Below are positions 1-11,149 of a DNA stretch of 64,000 nucleotides, piece by piece; position 1 is the stretch's first letter, and each line of letters starts with the position of its first letter. The DNA comes from Lobosporangium transversale (lineage: Eukaryota). The stretch is taken from contig NW_019028991.1 of the NCBI RefSeq assembly GCF_002105155.1, forward strand, positions 620,001-684,000, given 5' to 3'. The translations under genes were made by a program, and so were the position numbers. Below the pieces are notes generated by a model. The model saw only the letters and a list, made by a program, of their open reading frames with translations, was not told the origin of the DNA and made no database searches.

Positions 1-684
1 GAGGAAATCGGGGAATACTCTCACATTATTTTCACCCCATTAGGCGTGGAGAGAAAAAATAAAAAATAAACAACATGCGACAATTCACGCCAAAAATATA
101 GTAATATTGTTGACAGGTGGAGTACAAATCATGGTAAAACTATCAGCCCACCACATGAGTCGGGCTGTAGTACTAAAAGAGCAAGGCACTGACTTAAGTA
201 CCGAGGACTCTCAAAGTAAACAGAAAAAGATTCCATTGCTCGAGATAGGAGCTGTCGAGAAGTTGTCCAGGGGCTGCACAATGTAACCCTTACGTGAAGG
301 GGTATGCCCCGCCCTTTAGATACAATGACTCTTTGATGGCCGGTAAACCTGTGCTTTGCATAGCAGGAAGCTCTCATAACAACAGAATTGTGAGCATTTC
401 TAGAACGAAATGAAGGGCTAGTGCTAACATAGGCAGCAGTGTCTGTGTCAACGGCCCACTTATTTCAGCCTGAAAGCAACTCGTACCGGCACGACATTTT
501 GTCGATGCAATGGAGACGAGGAAGGCAGAAGGAAAGCCGCGGTGATTAGGAGGCTCTGGCTATGCTTTGTTCTTTTGATATTTGTAGAGTGTGGTTGTTG
601 ATTGTGTGATAGAAGCATAAATGGCTGTAGTGGTTGAGTTAGCAAGAGTGGTCGCAGAAGTATGGGATTGGACTAGCAGGAATC

Positions 685-795
685 GTAGGCTCGTCACCAG
701 CCTGAGGTCGAAGCTACGTGCAGCGAATGAACGTGCTGCAAGGCGGAATTGCCGCTCTTGCCGAAGCTTCTTACTCAGGCTGGTGACGAGCCTAC
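685..795. mobile_element. MITE-like element with perfect 22-bp terminal inverted repeats
   Basis: GTAGGCTCGTCACCAGCCTGAG (685-706) is the exact reverse complement of 774-795. AGGAATC flanks both sides (678-684, 796-802). A related copy lies at 7967-7998. Confidence 0.7.
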
Positions 796-915
796 AGGAA
801 TCATAGGAATCGCGACTTTTTCGCGGCCTTTCATTAAGGGTATACCACGTGACATGATTATGATGTAGCCAAAAGACTCTCAGCAAGATGGAAACCATCA
901 CAAAGCAAGCTTCCA

Positions 916-1019
916 ATGAGGCTCCGGATCAGACACAAGGAGGGTATCACGACATTGACCTCTCTCACCGCACAATCTACTCTGCTGCAGTTACATGTAA
1001 GGAGCTTACATTATTCAGG

Positions 1020-1053
<34 letters not shown>

Positions 1054-2631
1054 TATAGAAGTTTATCATAATATTCAAATCTTCAATTAAAATAGTACGA
1101 GGTGGCAAAGAAGATCAAGGCGCCTGTCGACCACCTGGAGCGTATGTCTTTCTGCTTAGCCATTTATCTTTTATTCCAGTCATGGTGGGAGATGTGCTGC
1201 TATAACTCATGCTAATATACATCGTTCAATGGCCACTTTAACCCTTACAGTAAAGGTTGGATATCCTCCTCACCTATTGGTGATCAACGACGCAAATGCG
1301 CACTCCTCACTTGAGAGCCTGGGAATCAGAGATGGAGAGCAAATATTAATTTCAGAACGCTCTCAAGGAACAACATCCCCTTATAATTTCGAGTCAGCCA
1401 TCCATGAACCACCGATTTCATTAACGGTACCTAATGGAAATAGAGGTGTAGCAACTACTTTGGTAAGCTCATTGAGCACCTCTGGCAGTAACTCAAACGA
1501 GCGTGGGCTCGCTGCGCCCATAGCATCGATGGAAGGGGGCTCCGCTTTTGGCTCGTTCCCTGTTCTCCAAGGATCGGCGTTCCATGCTCCTCTCTCAACC
1601 AACCACCTCAGTACTCAAAGCAACACCCTTGATAGAACTTTTGGTTCAACTGTAGCTTCTATGCTACCTCTGACGACTCCAAACACTGGTGCCCATTCAG
1701 TTCCCGTGAGAGATCAAGGCTTACTTGTTGTGAGAGTAAATATGAGAGTTCGGCTTTCATCCTTTAGTGACAGTTACTTTCTTATGATACTTTTCAAATT
1801 AACATTTTGTCCTGCAATACTATTAAACAGCAAGTGGAGGATGATAATAGCTGTCTTTTTAATGCAGTTGCATATATTCTTGATCCTGACAAGAAGAACA
1901 ATATCAAGGCTCTCCGCCAGGTTGTTTCAGACGCTATAGAGGCGAATTCGGATACATATTCCGAAGCTATTCTAGGGTATGATTAAAGTGATGTGCATAT
2001 TTTGTCAGCTCTCCGTGCATAAGCTTGTTCTACTAACACCACTGTCCTCAGGCGTCCACGGAAGGAATATTGTGATTGGATTCAAAGGGATAACAGCTGG
2101 GGTGGTGCTATTGGTGAGAATCCATTTTTTGTCAAAAGGCAATGCTAGACATCGAGATTTTATTTCAATCGTCGGTGAGATCCTGTATCTCACTCGCACT
2201 GTTTAATTTGACAAAACTGATAAACGCGGTGGTGTTCTTATGTATACTCTTTTAGAACTGTCGATCTTTTCTGAGTACTATAAGATTGGTATGATATAAA
2301 TTAAATCACAAAAAAAAAACGTCTCAATTGCGTTAATGAATGTTTAATATGCTAATATCCTTTCCCATTATGAATCTTGCAGAAATCGATAGCATTGATG
2401 TATCAACAAATCGAGTTGATCGCTTTGGTGAGGGACATTATAGCCAAAGAGCACTGGTGATGTATAGGTGTGTGTGTAATGACCGAAATAGGACTCTGGT
2501 CTTTACGTTTTCTAAGTAAAAAGCCATATGATAAGAATTGTAGCTCTAAATATTTTATCGCCTTCTCTTTCTGCTTGCTACTTAAACACAAGCGGCATCC
2601 GTAAGTAAATATATAATGTAAACGCAAGTGG

Positions 2632-2667
<36 letters not shown>

Positions 2668-3136
2668 GTTGCTGAATCATAATTGCTTTGGTTGCTTAGA
2701 TTACGATGCACTTGCTCTCACTCCAGAATTGGGTGCCCCTACAGAGTGCGACCAGACGCAATTCGATGTCAAGCTCGAGGATATTATTACTGCAGGCATT
2801 CAACTTGCCGCAAAGCTGAAGAAGGTACAGAATTGCAGGGTACGAGCGACATTATCATCATACACAAAAGCCCTCGCCATACTCCATGAAGCAAGTCGAT
2901 TAATTAACAATTTGTAATAGGAGCACAAATATACTGACTTAGCAACATTCACGCTCCGGTGTTCGATTTGTCATATGGGATTAAAGGGTCAGAAAGATGC
3001 CCAGCAACATGCGCAAGAAACCCTGCATACAGCATTGTGAGTATTTATTTTTGCATGATTTCACGTCTTACTATTTCATATTTGTATTATTGTTACTCGT
3101 TGCTGAAGTTCTTATTCTAGTGAGGAATATTTATAG
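916..3136 (+). CDS. OTU1: Ubiquitin thioesterase OTU1/YOD1 (UBX-like, OTU and C2H2 domains), multi-exon
   Basis: Spliced exons give MRLRIRHKEG..., the catalytic DDNSCLFNAVAY, WGGAIELSIF, YSGIHYDAL and a C-terminal YTDLATFTLRCSIC...HAQETLHTAF zinc finger. Introns are GT-AG. Confidence 0.9.
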
Positions 3137-3603
3137 TGACGGACAAAAAGTAAAGAATATGTGCACAGACAGACTATTGAAGCCCGCGCTCGAAATAAAG
3201 ACACTTTACAATTTCTTCCAGTGATGACCAGGACATATCTTACTCATTAATACGTGTCTTGCTCCTGACCAGACGCATGTTTGGCTCTGGTGATTTCGCC
3301 GATTGACCATCTTTCATTGCTCTCATAAAATATTCAGGCTCATTCTTTACATAAAACGCAAGTCATGAGAAAAGAATGTTTTTCAAAATAAATTTAGACT
3401 CCAACTCCCTGTGGTCAAAGTGATTGCCCAAAAGATCCTGTCCCAATATTGATCAAGATTTGCAAAGTCCGGATTTAAAGCTCATGATCCACGAACTGCA
3501 CAGGATTGCCTTATTGTGCTTGTTTCACTAGGCAACTCCTTCAATCACAGAAACAAAGAGTCATATCCTCATTCTTTAATAAAATAACCTGCAGACTTGC
3601 TGC

Positions 3604-6286
3604 TTATGGAAACTGGTTAAATTCGCCTTGTTCCTCCATCGCCATTTCAGACATCGTACAGGAGACATGATATCTCATTCTCACTGCTGATCTTGTCATC
3701 ACAACACTATGTGGTACACGAATCATCATGTCTTGTGTCACGCTCCTTTTGGAGAAAGGTGCAACAACTTGTGAAGACTGAGGATGCAATGAAAGTTGAA
3801 GGTTCTTGGGGACTGCGACGCGGAAAGTTAGAGCTGAGATCGGACTACTTTGGAGGTTAGAAAAATACGCTTTGATGTTGTAAGCTATGTCCGATTGTTG
3901 CGCATGCTGCTTCTCAATTTCGAGTTCGATTTGAAGACCACTCTTATTTAGCAACAATACTATGCACGCAATGAAGAATTGTAAACTCTGCAAGTTAATC
4001 ATCTCGTAAGTGGACCATTATGTGGGGTTCATATAGTTTGCTATGCTGATTACCATCAATAGAGCCTGAGTTCTTAGAAACAGTATTAGAGATAAACTCA
4101 AGATCATCCAGTGGAGCAGCATGTGTCCCCAAAACTGGCATTGGGAATGCTGACCGAGTAACATCTATGACAAGCCAACAATAGAAACGCACGATGAAGA
4201 TAAATTAAGAAACTTGATTTACAAGCTGGCAAACCATTCAATGGTAGAAACTTTAACTAAACCAAAGCATAATGCATGCTATTAAGAAACAAAACCATAC
4301 TGTCATCAATCGATGTAGGCGAAACATCCGTTGTCAGTATATTACTAGATTGGTCAAGGTTGATGCTTCCTGTTAGCCTCCATGAGAGTGGCGGAGGCGT
4401 ATCGTGGAAGTTGAGGTCCATAAGATCATCTATTAGACTATCTAATGTTCCAAAATAATAAAATTAAGGATGCGTCATACCAATCGATATAAGCTATCAA
4501 GTCAGAAATAGTCATGGCACATAAGTATATATTTGAACTATTTACCAGTATTCTTCGTTGAAGTTGTGGACGATGACTCATTCGAAGGCCCATCACCACA
4601 GACAAGAAGGTCAATGACTGAAGACTGCGTTGGCTTTGAAGTTGCTCTTGCGTGTTCGTGTTTCTCATCACTGGTGCTAGTATTTTGGATACAATCTCCA
4701 CTATTTTCAGGATACGTCAGTGCCACTTTGACAACACTTCCATTCTTAGCTTGGTCATATTGATCAATTGCACTGATGAGAATGTGCTCCAGCTTAAGTA
4801 AAGTTTCTACGTTGTAATGAAAATGTCAGGTTGAGCGCGCGATAAGCTATTTTTCAGGTTTATACAATTAGCCTTGTACACTTAATCTTACCCATTATAT
4901 CATGATTTTCGCCATCTTTAATGAACTTTTGAACCTTTCGAAGAGCTGACCTACAAGTCTCATACAGATCCTATGATGAGATATAGAAGCGGGTTAAGGA
5001 AGGCTGAATAAAGCAATATCGTTTTTGGCGGTCAAGCCTCAGGTATCAAACCCGACTTACTTTAGAAATGTCGACTTGTTCAATGATTCCATCGGGCTTT
5101 ACATCATTCAGCATCTCTATCAACAGCATCGCTTTTTGCATGACCTTGTTCAGTCCTTCAGATGCTTGTGTCACGTAATCTTCATCCTCTCGCTCCTGTT
5201 TACGTAGAATTATACAAAGGTTAGGCATAGAACTCAGATAAGCCTACAAGTCGCGAATATTGTATTTTAAGATTGATTAATAGTATTTCTTACATATCCA
5301 GTCATTTTTTTAACAAGCTCATTTGCAGCCCGTACGTCTTCAGGCCGTCCTCGCCGAATTAGTTCCTGTAGCCTCTATATTGGCCGGTATAGTCATTATA
5401 TTTTAAAAAAATCCGCACTATGATCCTTTTTTATTGTAAAATAAATGCGAGAATGCAGAATCCTTACAGCTGCTTGCGCGATGCGATTTTCTGCTTTAAG
5501 TTCTGATGGTGATTTCAGTATCTACAACAACGGAGAATTTTTTTTAAGTAAAAAAAATTTAATCCTCATTAAAACGTTACTTAAGAAAAAAAAAATAAAA
5601 ATAGTAAAAAAAATAAATAAAATTTCTATTGGCTTGAATATACTTACTTCAACAGGACTCATTGTTGTCTTCCTAGCCTGGGGGAAGCGGTAGCCCTTGA
5701 AGGACAACAGTCTGTGCATGTCACGGATATGAACTAGATCCTCTTTATATCGTGAGGTTTTGCAGAGCGTCATGTACCACTCCTGTATAAGCTCCAAAAT
5801 ACGAGATTGAACCGGTGTAGGGACTGTAAGAGGGCGTTCTGGGAACTTGCGGACAAGGGCATTAAGAAACTCTTTAGTGGCAATTTGCAGATGAAAGGGA
5901 TAGCCACAACTCTTGACACAGTTATCCAGAAGCTATGAAATAGTCATTTGGTTAAATCGAGCCATGGTGAAAGCAACCACGCGTAAAACATAAGGATGTA
6001 TTTCGCTGGTCATTCAAATAAATAACAATAAGCCCCGGAATCAGAGCTCACTTACAGCTAGTGCTAGCATTCCGACGTGCACATTCTTGTGGTTAACAAG
6101 ACGCACAATGTAAATAGCCGCCTCTCTGGGTCTATCAAGAGGGAATATAAGAATTGGCAAGTCAATGGTCGACCATATTAGTCAGGCTTTCAGTAGCACA
6201 TCAATTATAGAACACGTTGGCGATGAAAAAAAAAAAAAAAAAAAAATAGAGTTCGCACTATACATACGTATTCTTTTGTTTTTCAT
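3604..6286 (-). CDS. GGA2: GGA-type clathrin adaptor (VHS-GAT-GAE), multi-exon
   Basis: VHS motif HVGMLALALLDNCVKSCGYPFHLQIATKEFLNALVRKFP; GAT-like exons near 4740-5390; gamma-ear-like C-terminal exon (FRVAVPKNLQLSLHPQS...EEQGEFNQFP). Confidence 0.85.
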
Positions 6287-6569
6287 TGATAACATCGCAG
6301 ATCTCAAGATTGAGAGTCAGATCTGGCGCATATCGCGATGGGTCGCACGCTCGCTCTAGAGCAGTGTCACAAGGTGATATGTCGATCTAATGAGTAGCTG
6401 TTGCTATTGCTGCATATTTGCCTGCAAGACGAAATTCATCAAATGTACCGATGTAGATCTCGAGAATCGATCTTTGCTGAGGTGTTGTCTGTCTCATTTC
6501 ATTCGACCAGATCTCTAGTCGCGTTGTGGTCATAATGGAATAAAAATATTTCTTGTCTGGGCGGCAGTC

Positions 6570-6600
<31 letters not shown>

Positions 6601-7099
6601 GGTGGCAACTCTTCGTCATGTGCCCCACTAATGGAAGGAACAGCGTTTGAGCCCCTTGACCAAATCCCTCTCCGTCAGCTCTGTCTCCAAGGAATTTTCA
6701 CTTCAAGGTCCTTTGTACACTTCGATGGCTGCAACATTTGTTCGAAGCTTTTTGTTGATACCATGGAAGACAACTTACTATGGTTATTTCAATAAAAACA
6801 ATAATAGTAATGTTCCGTATCGCTTTCGACTTCGATTTAGATTATATAAGAGACTGAAATATCCATTTGGCAATGGAGGCATGCCGAATGTAAAAGAGAG
6901 AATGATGTAAAACGTGGATTGCTTTTCAGTTCACTTTCACCTCACAATAGCTTTCTTCATAGCTCAATTTCCTGTGAACTGAAAAATTGATTCATTTAAG
7001 TGCATTGTTTTTTGTAACGTTATCGGTCTAAGCTGAAAAAAGTCATCCAGCCAATTTTGAGACATACATCAAAGAAAAGCGATTTTAGATTGCTATTCA

Positions 7100-7600
7100 G
7101 CATTTGGACAGCAGAGAGTTTCCTAAGCATGCGCCAAACTGAGCCAAGGTATGTACTTAGTGGAAACTCATACTATCCCACAGATAATCTCTCGCATAGC
7201 AAGCTTTCTGAATATGGAAATTCTTTCTGGGTATGGCCGTATACGCTTAATTGGGTACAAATCCAAAGATTCCGCAGACCAACACTGTGGTATTTCTACT
7301 GTCTCTGTTATATTAGTCGATCCCAGATAAGCCCTATTTTCCTCTGTAGGATGTTTAGGGTCATTATTATATCGAAAAGCGAGCTCTTCCTTTACCATGC
7401 TCACTCTTCGATAGATATCCATAGGCCTCCTTGTAGTATCTTAACATACAACTGCAGGGTCAAACTGTCGTTAATCAAAGAGGTGTAGTCAGGTACACAC
7501 CATGACGTAAACGACCACACGATATCATTCCTGGCATCGATTATCCTTTGGGCTGAAAGTGTTTTTATCCTCTCTGACGCGCCATTCCAAACTTAGTAAA
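7100..7600 (-). pseudogene. Degenerate Tc1/mariner (DD34E-type) transposase fragment
   Basis: Across frameshifts and stops the minus strand reads IVWSFTS...LYVKIL, FRYNNDPKHP (cf. FQQDNDPKHT), WSAESLDLYPIKRI (cf. WPSQSPDLNPIE) and RMLRKLSAV (cf. SMPRRLQAV), in the canonical order. Confidence 0.7.
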
Positions 7601-7966
7601 GGCTATCAGCCTAGACTCCATAACCCTACATCCATCGGATAGTCTAGAGCTCCTGTATAGGTTTTTTCTGGGCGATCGTCTTTGTTTTATTTGTTTTTCA
7701 AGACAGGTTTTGGAAGTACTCGCATGGGACCGACAGCCTACGAGTAGAAAGGCCTTGCTTTACTAGCCATGTAGCTTCCTCAGCTTTTAGTTGGAAGATT
7801 GACCTCATATTTGGCAAGAATAGAGTGGTGCTTATTTGTAGAAGTACAGCCCGTTCCATTTGGTCGCGATCCCTTTCCTAGCGGTGAACTTGACTTAGAA
7901 GCTTTTTCAAATTTAAAAAAAGAGACCTCCAGCCAAAATGTCAAGTTTGGTCCCAGCCTGTGCTTG

Positions 7967-7998
7967 TGCACGAGCTTCGTCCTCAGGCTGGTGACGAG
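7967..7998. repeat. Dispersed copy of the terminal repeat of the 685-795 element
   Basis: TGCACGAGCTTCGTCCTCAGGCTGGTGACGAG matches the reverse complement of 690-722 with one mismatch and one gap. Confidence 0.8.
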
Positions 7999-8400
7999 AC
8001 TGAGAAATGAGCTCTTTGCGCACTAAAGATTGTCACGTCACAATGATCCAGAAAATGGCACGTGGCTGATTTGAAAAAAATATTTTCTCACGCAAAGCCT
8101 AACCTTGAAATAAAGGAACAAATTTATCAGTTGTCGCTCCTTTCTTTCCTTTGCTCCACTTCATTTTCGCCACCACTTTTTTCATATTTCACCACTTACC
8201 TCTTTTATTCATTCCAAGCCTTCATTTATTGCCTTTCTTTTCCTTTCCTTCTTTTTTATTTTTTTTGCCTTACACATTTTTCATTATTGTTTTCATACAG
8301 CGACCACGAGTGTGAAAGAGTATAGAATATACCTCTGCCTATTTAACCATCATTCTCCCTGCATTTCAACCACACTCAGTCCCACTCATCTTAATTTTCA

Positions 8401-10885
8401 ATGGCCACCACAAGGAGCTCAACACAAAAAAACATGGCTGCAAATGATTCCATAGAGAGCCAAGCACAAAAAAAAATGACTGCAAATAAGCCTGAGGATG
8501 CCTCCACACTCAATAAACGAAAAGAGTAAACCAGCGCCCACAACGAAAAAAGCGCGTCATCCCACTGCTACTGCTGAACTGCGTTGTCGAGGGAGAAGCA
8601 ACGTCGTTCCCAGTAGAGATTTTCTGCGATAAATCGGTCGGGATGCTCAAGCAAGCAATCTACCCCAATATTACTGTGGATCCAAGCATTAAGTCCAAAG
8701 ATCTCACCCTCTACAAGGTCTCCATCCCTGACAAAGGCGCGGCCATCTTTGAGTCAGAAATCGAGTCAAAAGAGGCTCTTACAGTCGCATCAAGGGAGCT
8801 TGGGGACATATTCAACTCTGAACTTCCAAAGGAAACTATCCATGTTTTTGTCAAGCCACCACAGCGAGGTATATCCTTGGCTCTTGATGGACTGATTGTT
8901 GATATTTTCAGCTGATGAAGCTTGGTTTGTATCTTAAGCGGCCATGTGCATGATATCGCCATTTGATTTGTGTCTTGATAACTCAACGTTCTTTCTCATT
9001 ATTCGCTTTTGATACTTAGCTCAGAAAAGAAAACAAGATGGAGATTCTGGTGAGTGCTTTTGGCTGAGAACCTGGTTATTGATCAATTCAGAGTGATGTG
9101 CAGTGCAATAAATCAAAAATATTGACTTTGATCACTCTATCTCCTTTATCAGAGTCACCCTCTAAAAAAGACCGTCCAAGCATGAATGGAGATGCTCTTA
9201 TGGACGCGATTACAGAAGCAGGGCTTGTAACGAAAGGGATAGTGAATGGTGACCCTGCCATCTCGCGTCTAAACTCGAAAGAGAGGGTCAAGCTGCTTTC
9301 GTACATGGGGGAGGGGTTATCAGGAGATAGTATTTACTACAGCATTATTAGCGTGGCTCGCGAGCTCCGAAATTCTGGTGGTATCAAGGATTCCAAAATA
9401 TTGACTGCCCCTGAGGGTTGTATCTTCCCTGTTGCCGGAACAAGGCATCTTTATATCAGACATGAATATAAAGAGCTTTATGACCATATTACATCCGAAT
9501 TAAGTACCCCTCATGAAGTACCTCGTTTGAACCGACTCTTTGTCACTGGAACGCCTGGAATTGGGAAGTCAGCCTTTTTGGTCTATTTTGCCATCCGCCT
9601 CCTTGCCGAACACGATGAGGAAAATCCACCGATTATTATTTTCCAAGAGAAGCAGCATACCAATTGTTATGTTTATGGAGGAACAACTTGCCAACGTAAA
9701 GGGAATATAACGATGTTCGAAGATTTCCTTAACCAACGTGAAACGTGGTATTTAGTTGATAGTGGTGAAAAGCCTCAACCAGGTAAAGCCAGGACGATAT
9801 TTTCAGCATCACCAAGAACTCTCTATGGGCATTACGATGAACTCACCAAGGAAAATACACCAAATAGCTATTATCACATGTCACTCTGGAGTCTGGATGA
9901 GCTTAAGGAATGTAGAGCCAATGTAAAGTTTTTTCATGTAGTGAGTGAAGCATTTTTGGAGGAGCTTTTTTACGACTTGGGGGGCGTGCCAAGACAGGTT
10001 CTACAGTGTCCAGCCGATGTACTATCCAAAAATCAAAAACATACTAAGCGTGCCAAAGAAGCTGCGTTATTCCGCGTCAATGATGCCATTAGAACACTCG
10101 AGAAACCAGCAGATCTTCTAAGCCTCTTTGCACGAGGAAAAGATGCGAGTGGATTTAGTGGTCGTTTACTCCATAGAGTCCCCACTTCTGACCATCTCGA
10201 CTTCTACCTGGTGTGGGCATCTCGTTGGGTCGAATCACAGATTATGGACAAAATAAAAGATAACACTTGGGTCGATGTGTTGGCGAAACTTGTCACAGGC
10301 GGAGAGGATATAGATAAAGGCCCACTGTTTGAAATCTATGCTCATCACTTATTTCGACGTGGTGATATTAGATTTCCCTTTAGGGATCTCCAGTCAGGCG
10401 AAACAGGATTTCTTGATTTTCCAGCAAATCCAGAAGAGGTGTTTATCCGGACTTCAGAGGAATTATCAAGGCTCACTCAAGCAGCTGGCAAGTTATTTGT
10501 AGCAGAATATTCTAAATTTCCGTGCATTGATTTTGCATTGGGACCCAACAAGCTATTTCAGGTCACAGTATCAGAGGAGCATGCGATCAAGCAAGCACCA
10601 TTCAAGGAGATAATTGATTGTATTACTGGACCCTGCTTGAAGGGAGACCAATCAAAGTCGAAGGGAGAGCAATCAAAGTCGAAGGGAAGTGATGATATTT
10701 TCCTCTATTTTGTGGTGCCAGGAGGCGTATATGACGATTTTAAAGTTCAAAACTTTCTTACCACCAGAAATACGGTCGTCCAGAAGCCATATAAATGCTT
10801 AAAACATGTAAGTCAGCGTGTCATAAAAATCGACATCGAAGCTGCATATTCAGGAGGAGCAGCCGGTACGAATCTGAAGAATTAA
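8401..10885 (+). CDS. Crinkler (CRN) family effector: ubiquitin-like N-terminal domain, P-loop NTPase and PD-(D/E)XK-like nuclease; apparent 1-nt frameshift near 8520
   Basis: N-domain LLNCVVEGEATSFPVEIFCDKSVGMLKQAI...DLTLYKVSIP...IHVFVKPP. In-frame introns at 8869-9019 and 9050-9152. Walker A GTPGIGKS, Walker B WYLVD, and C-terminal GPLFEIYAH...FPCIDF...LFQVTVSEEH. Confidence 0.85.
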
Positions 10886-11149
10886 ATCGAATAGCAATCA
10901 AGTGGATGAAATTTTGTCTTTATTTAAAAAAAGCATTATACCCGTTCCTTGAGAAATTTTTACAATGGTTCATTCTTTATGAATGAAGCCATCATTATTC
11001 ACTTACCTTCTAGACGAATAGATAGAGCGGTTTAATCCGTCCTCCCTTCTACTGGGGCATTTAGAACTTTATAAAGCTGTGATCATTGTGCGATCTTGTG
11101 TGCAAGAAAAGGCAGGATTTTGTGATACTATTATCAAAGAGTTTTGTAA

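Noticed and set aside
129..916. Short ORFs at the window start, including the repeated RLVTSL peptides
   Set aside because: The repeated peptide comes from the inverted repeats; no protein family signal.
3221..3270. Box C (GTGATGA) and box D (CTGA) pair suggesting a snoRNA
   Set aside because: Spacing is too short, there is no terminal stem or recognisable guide, and it probably lies in the OTU1 3' UTR.
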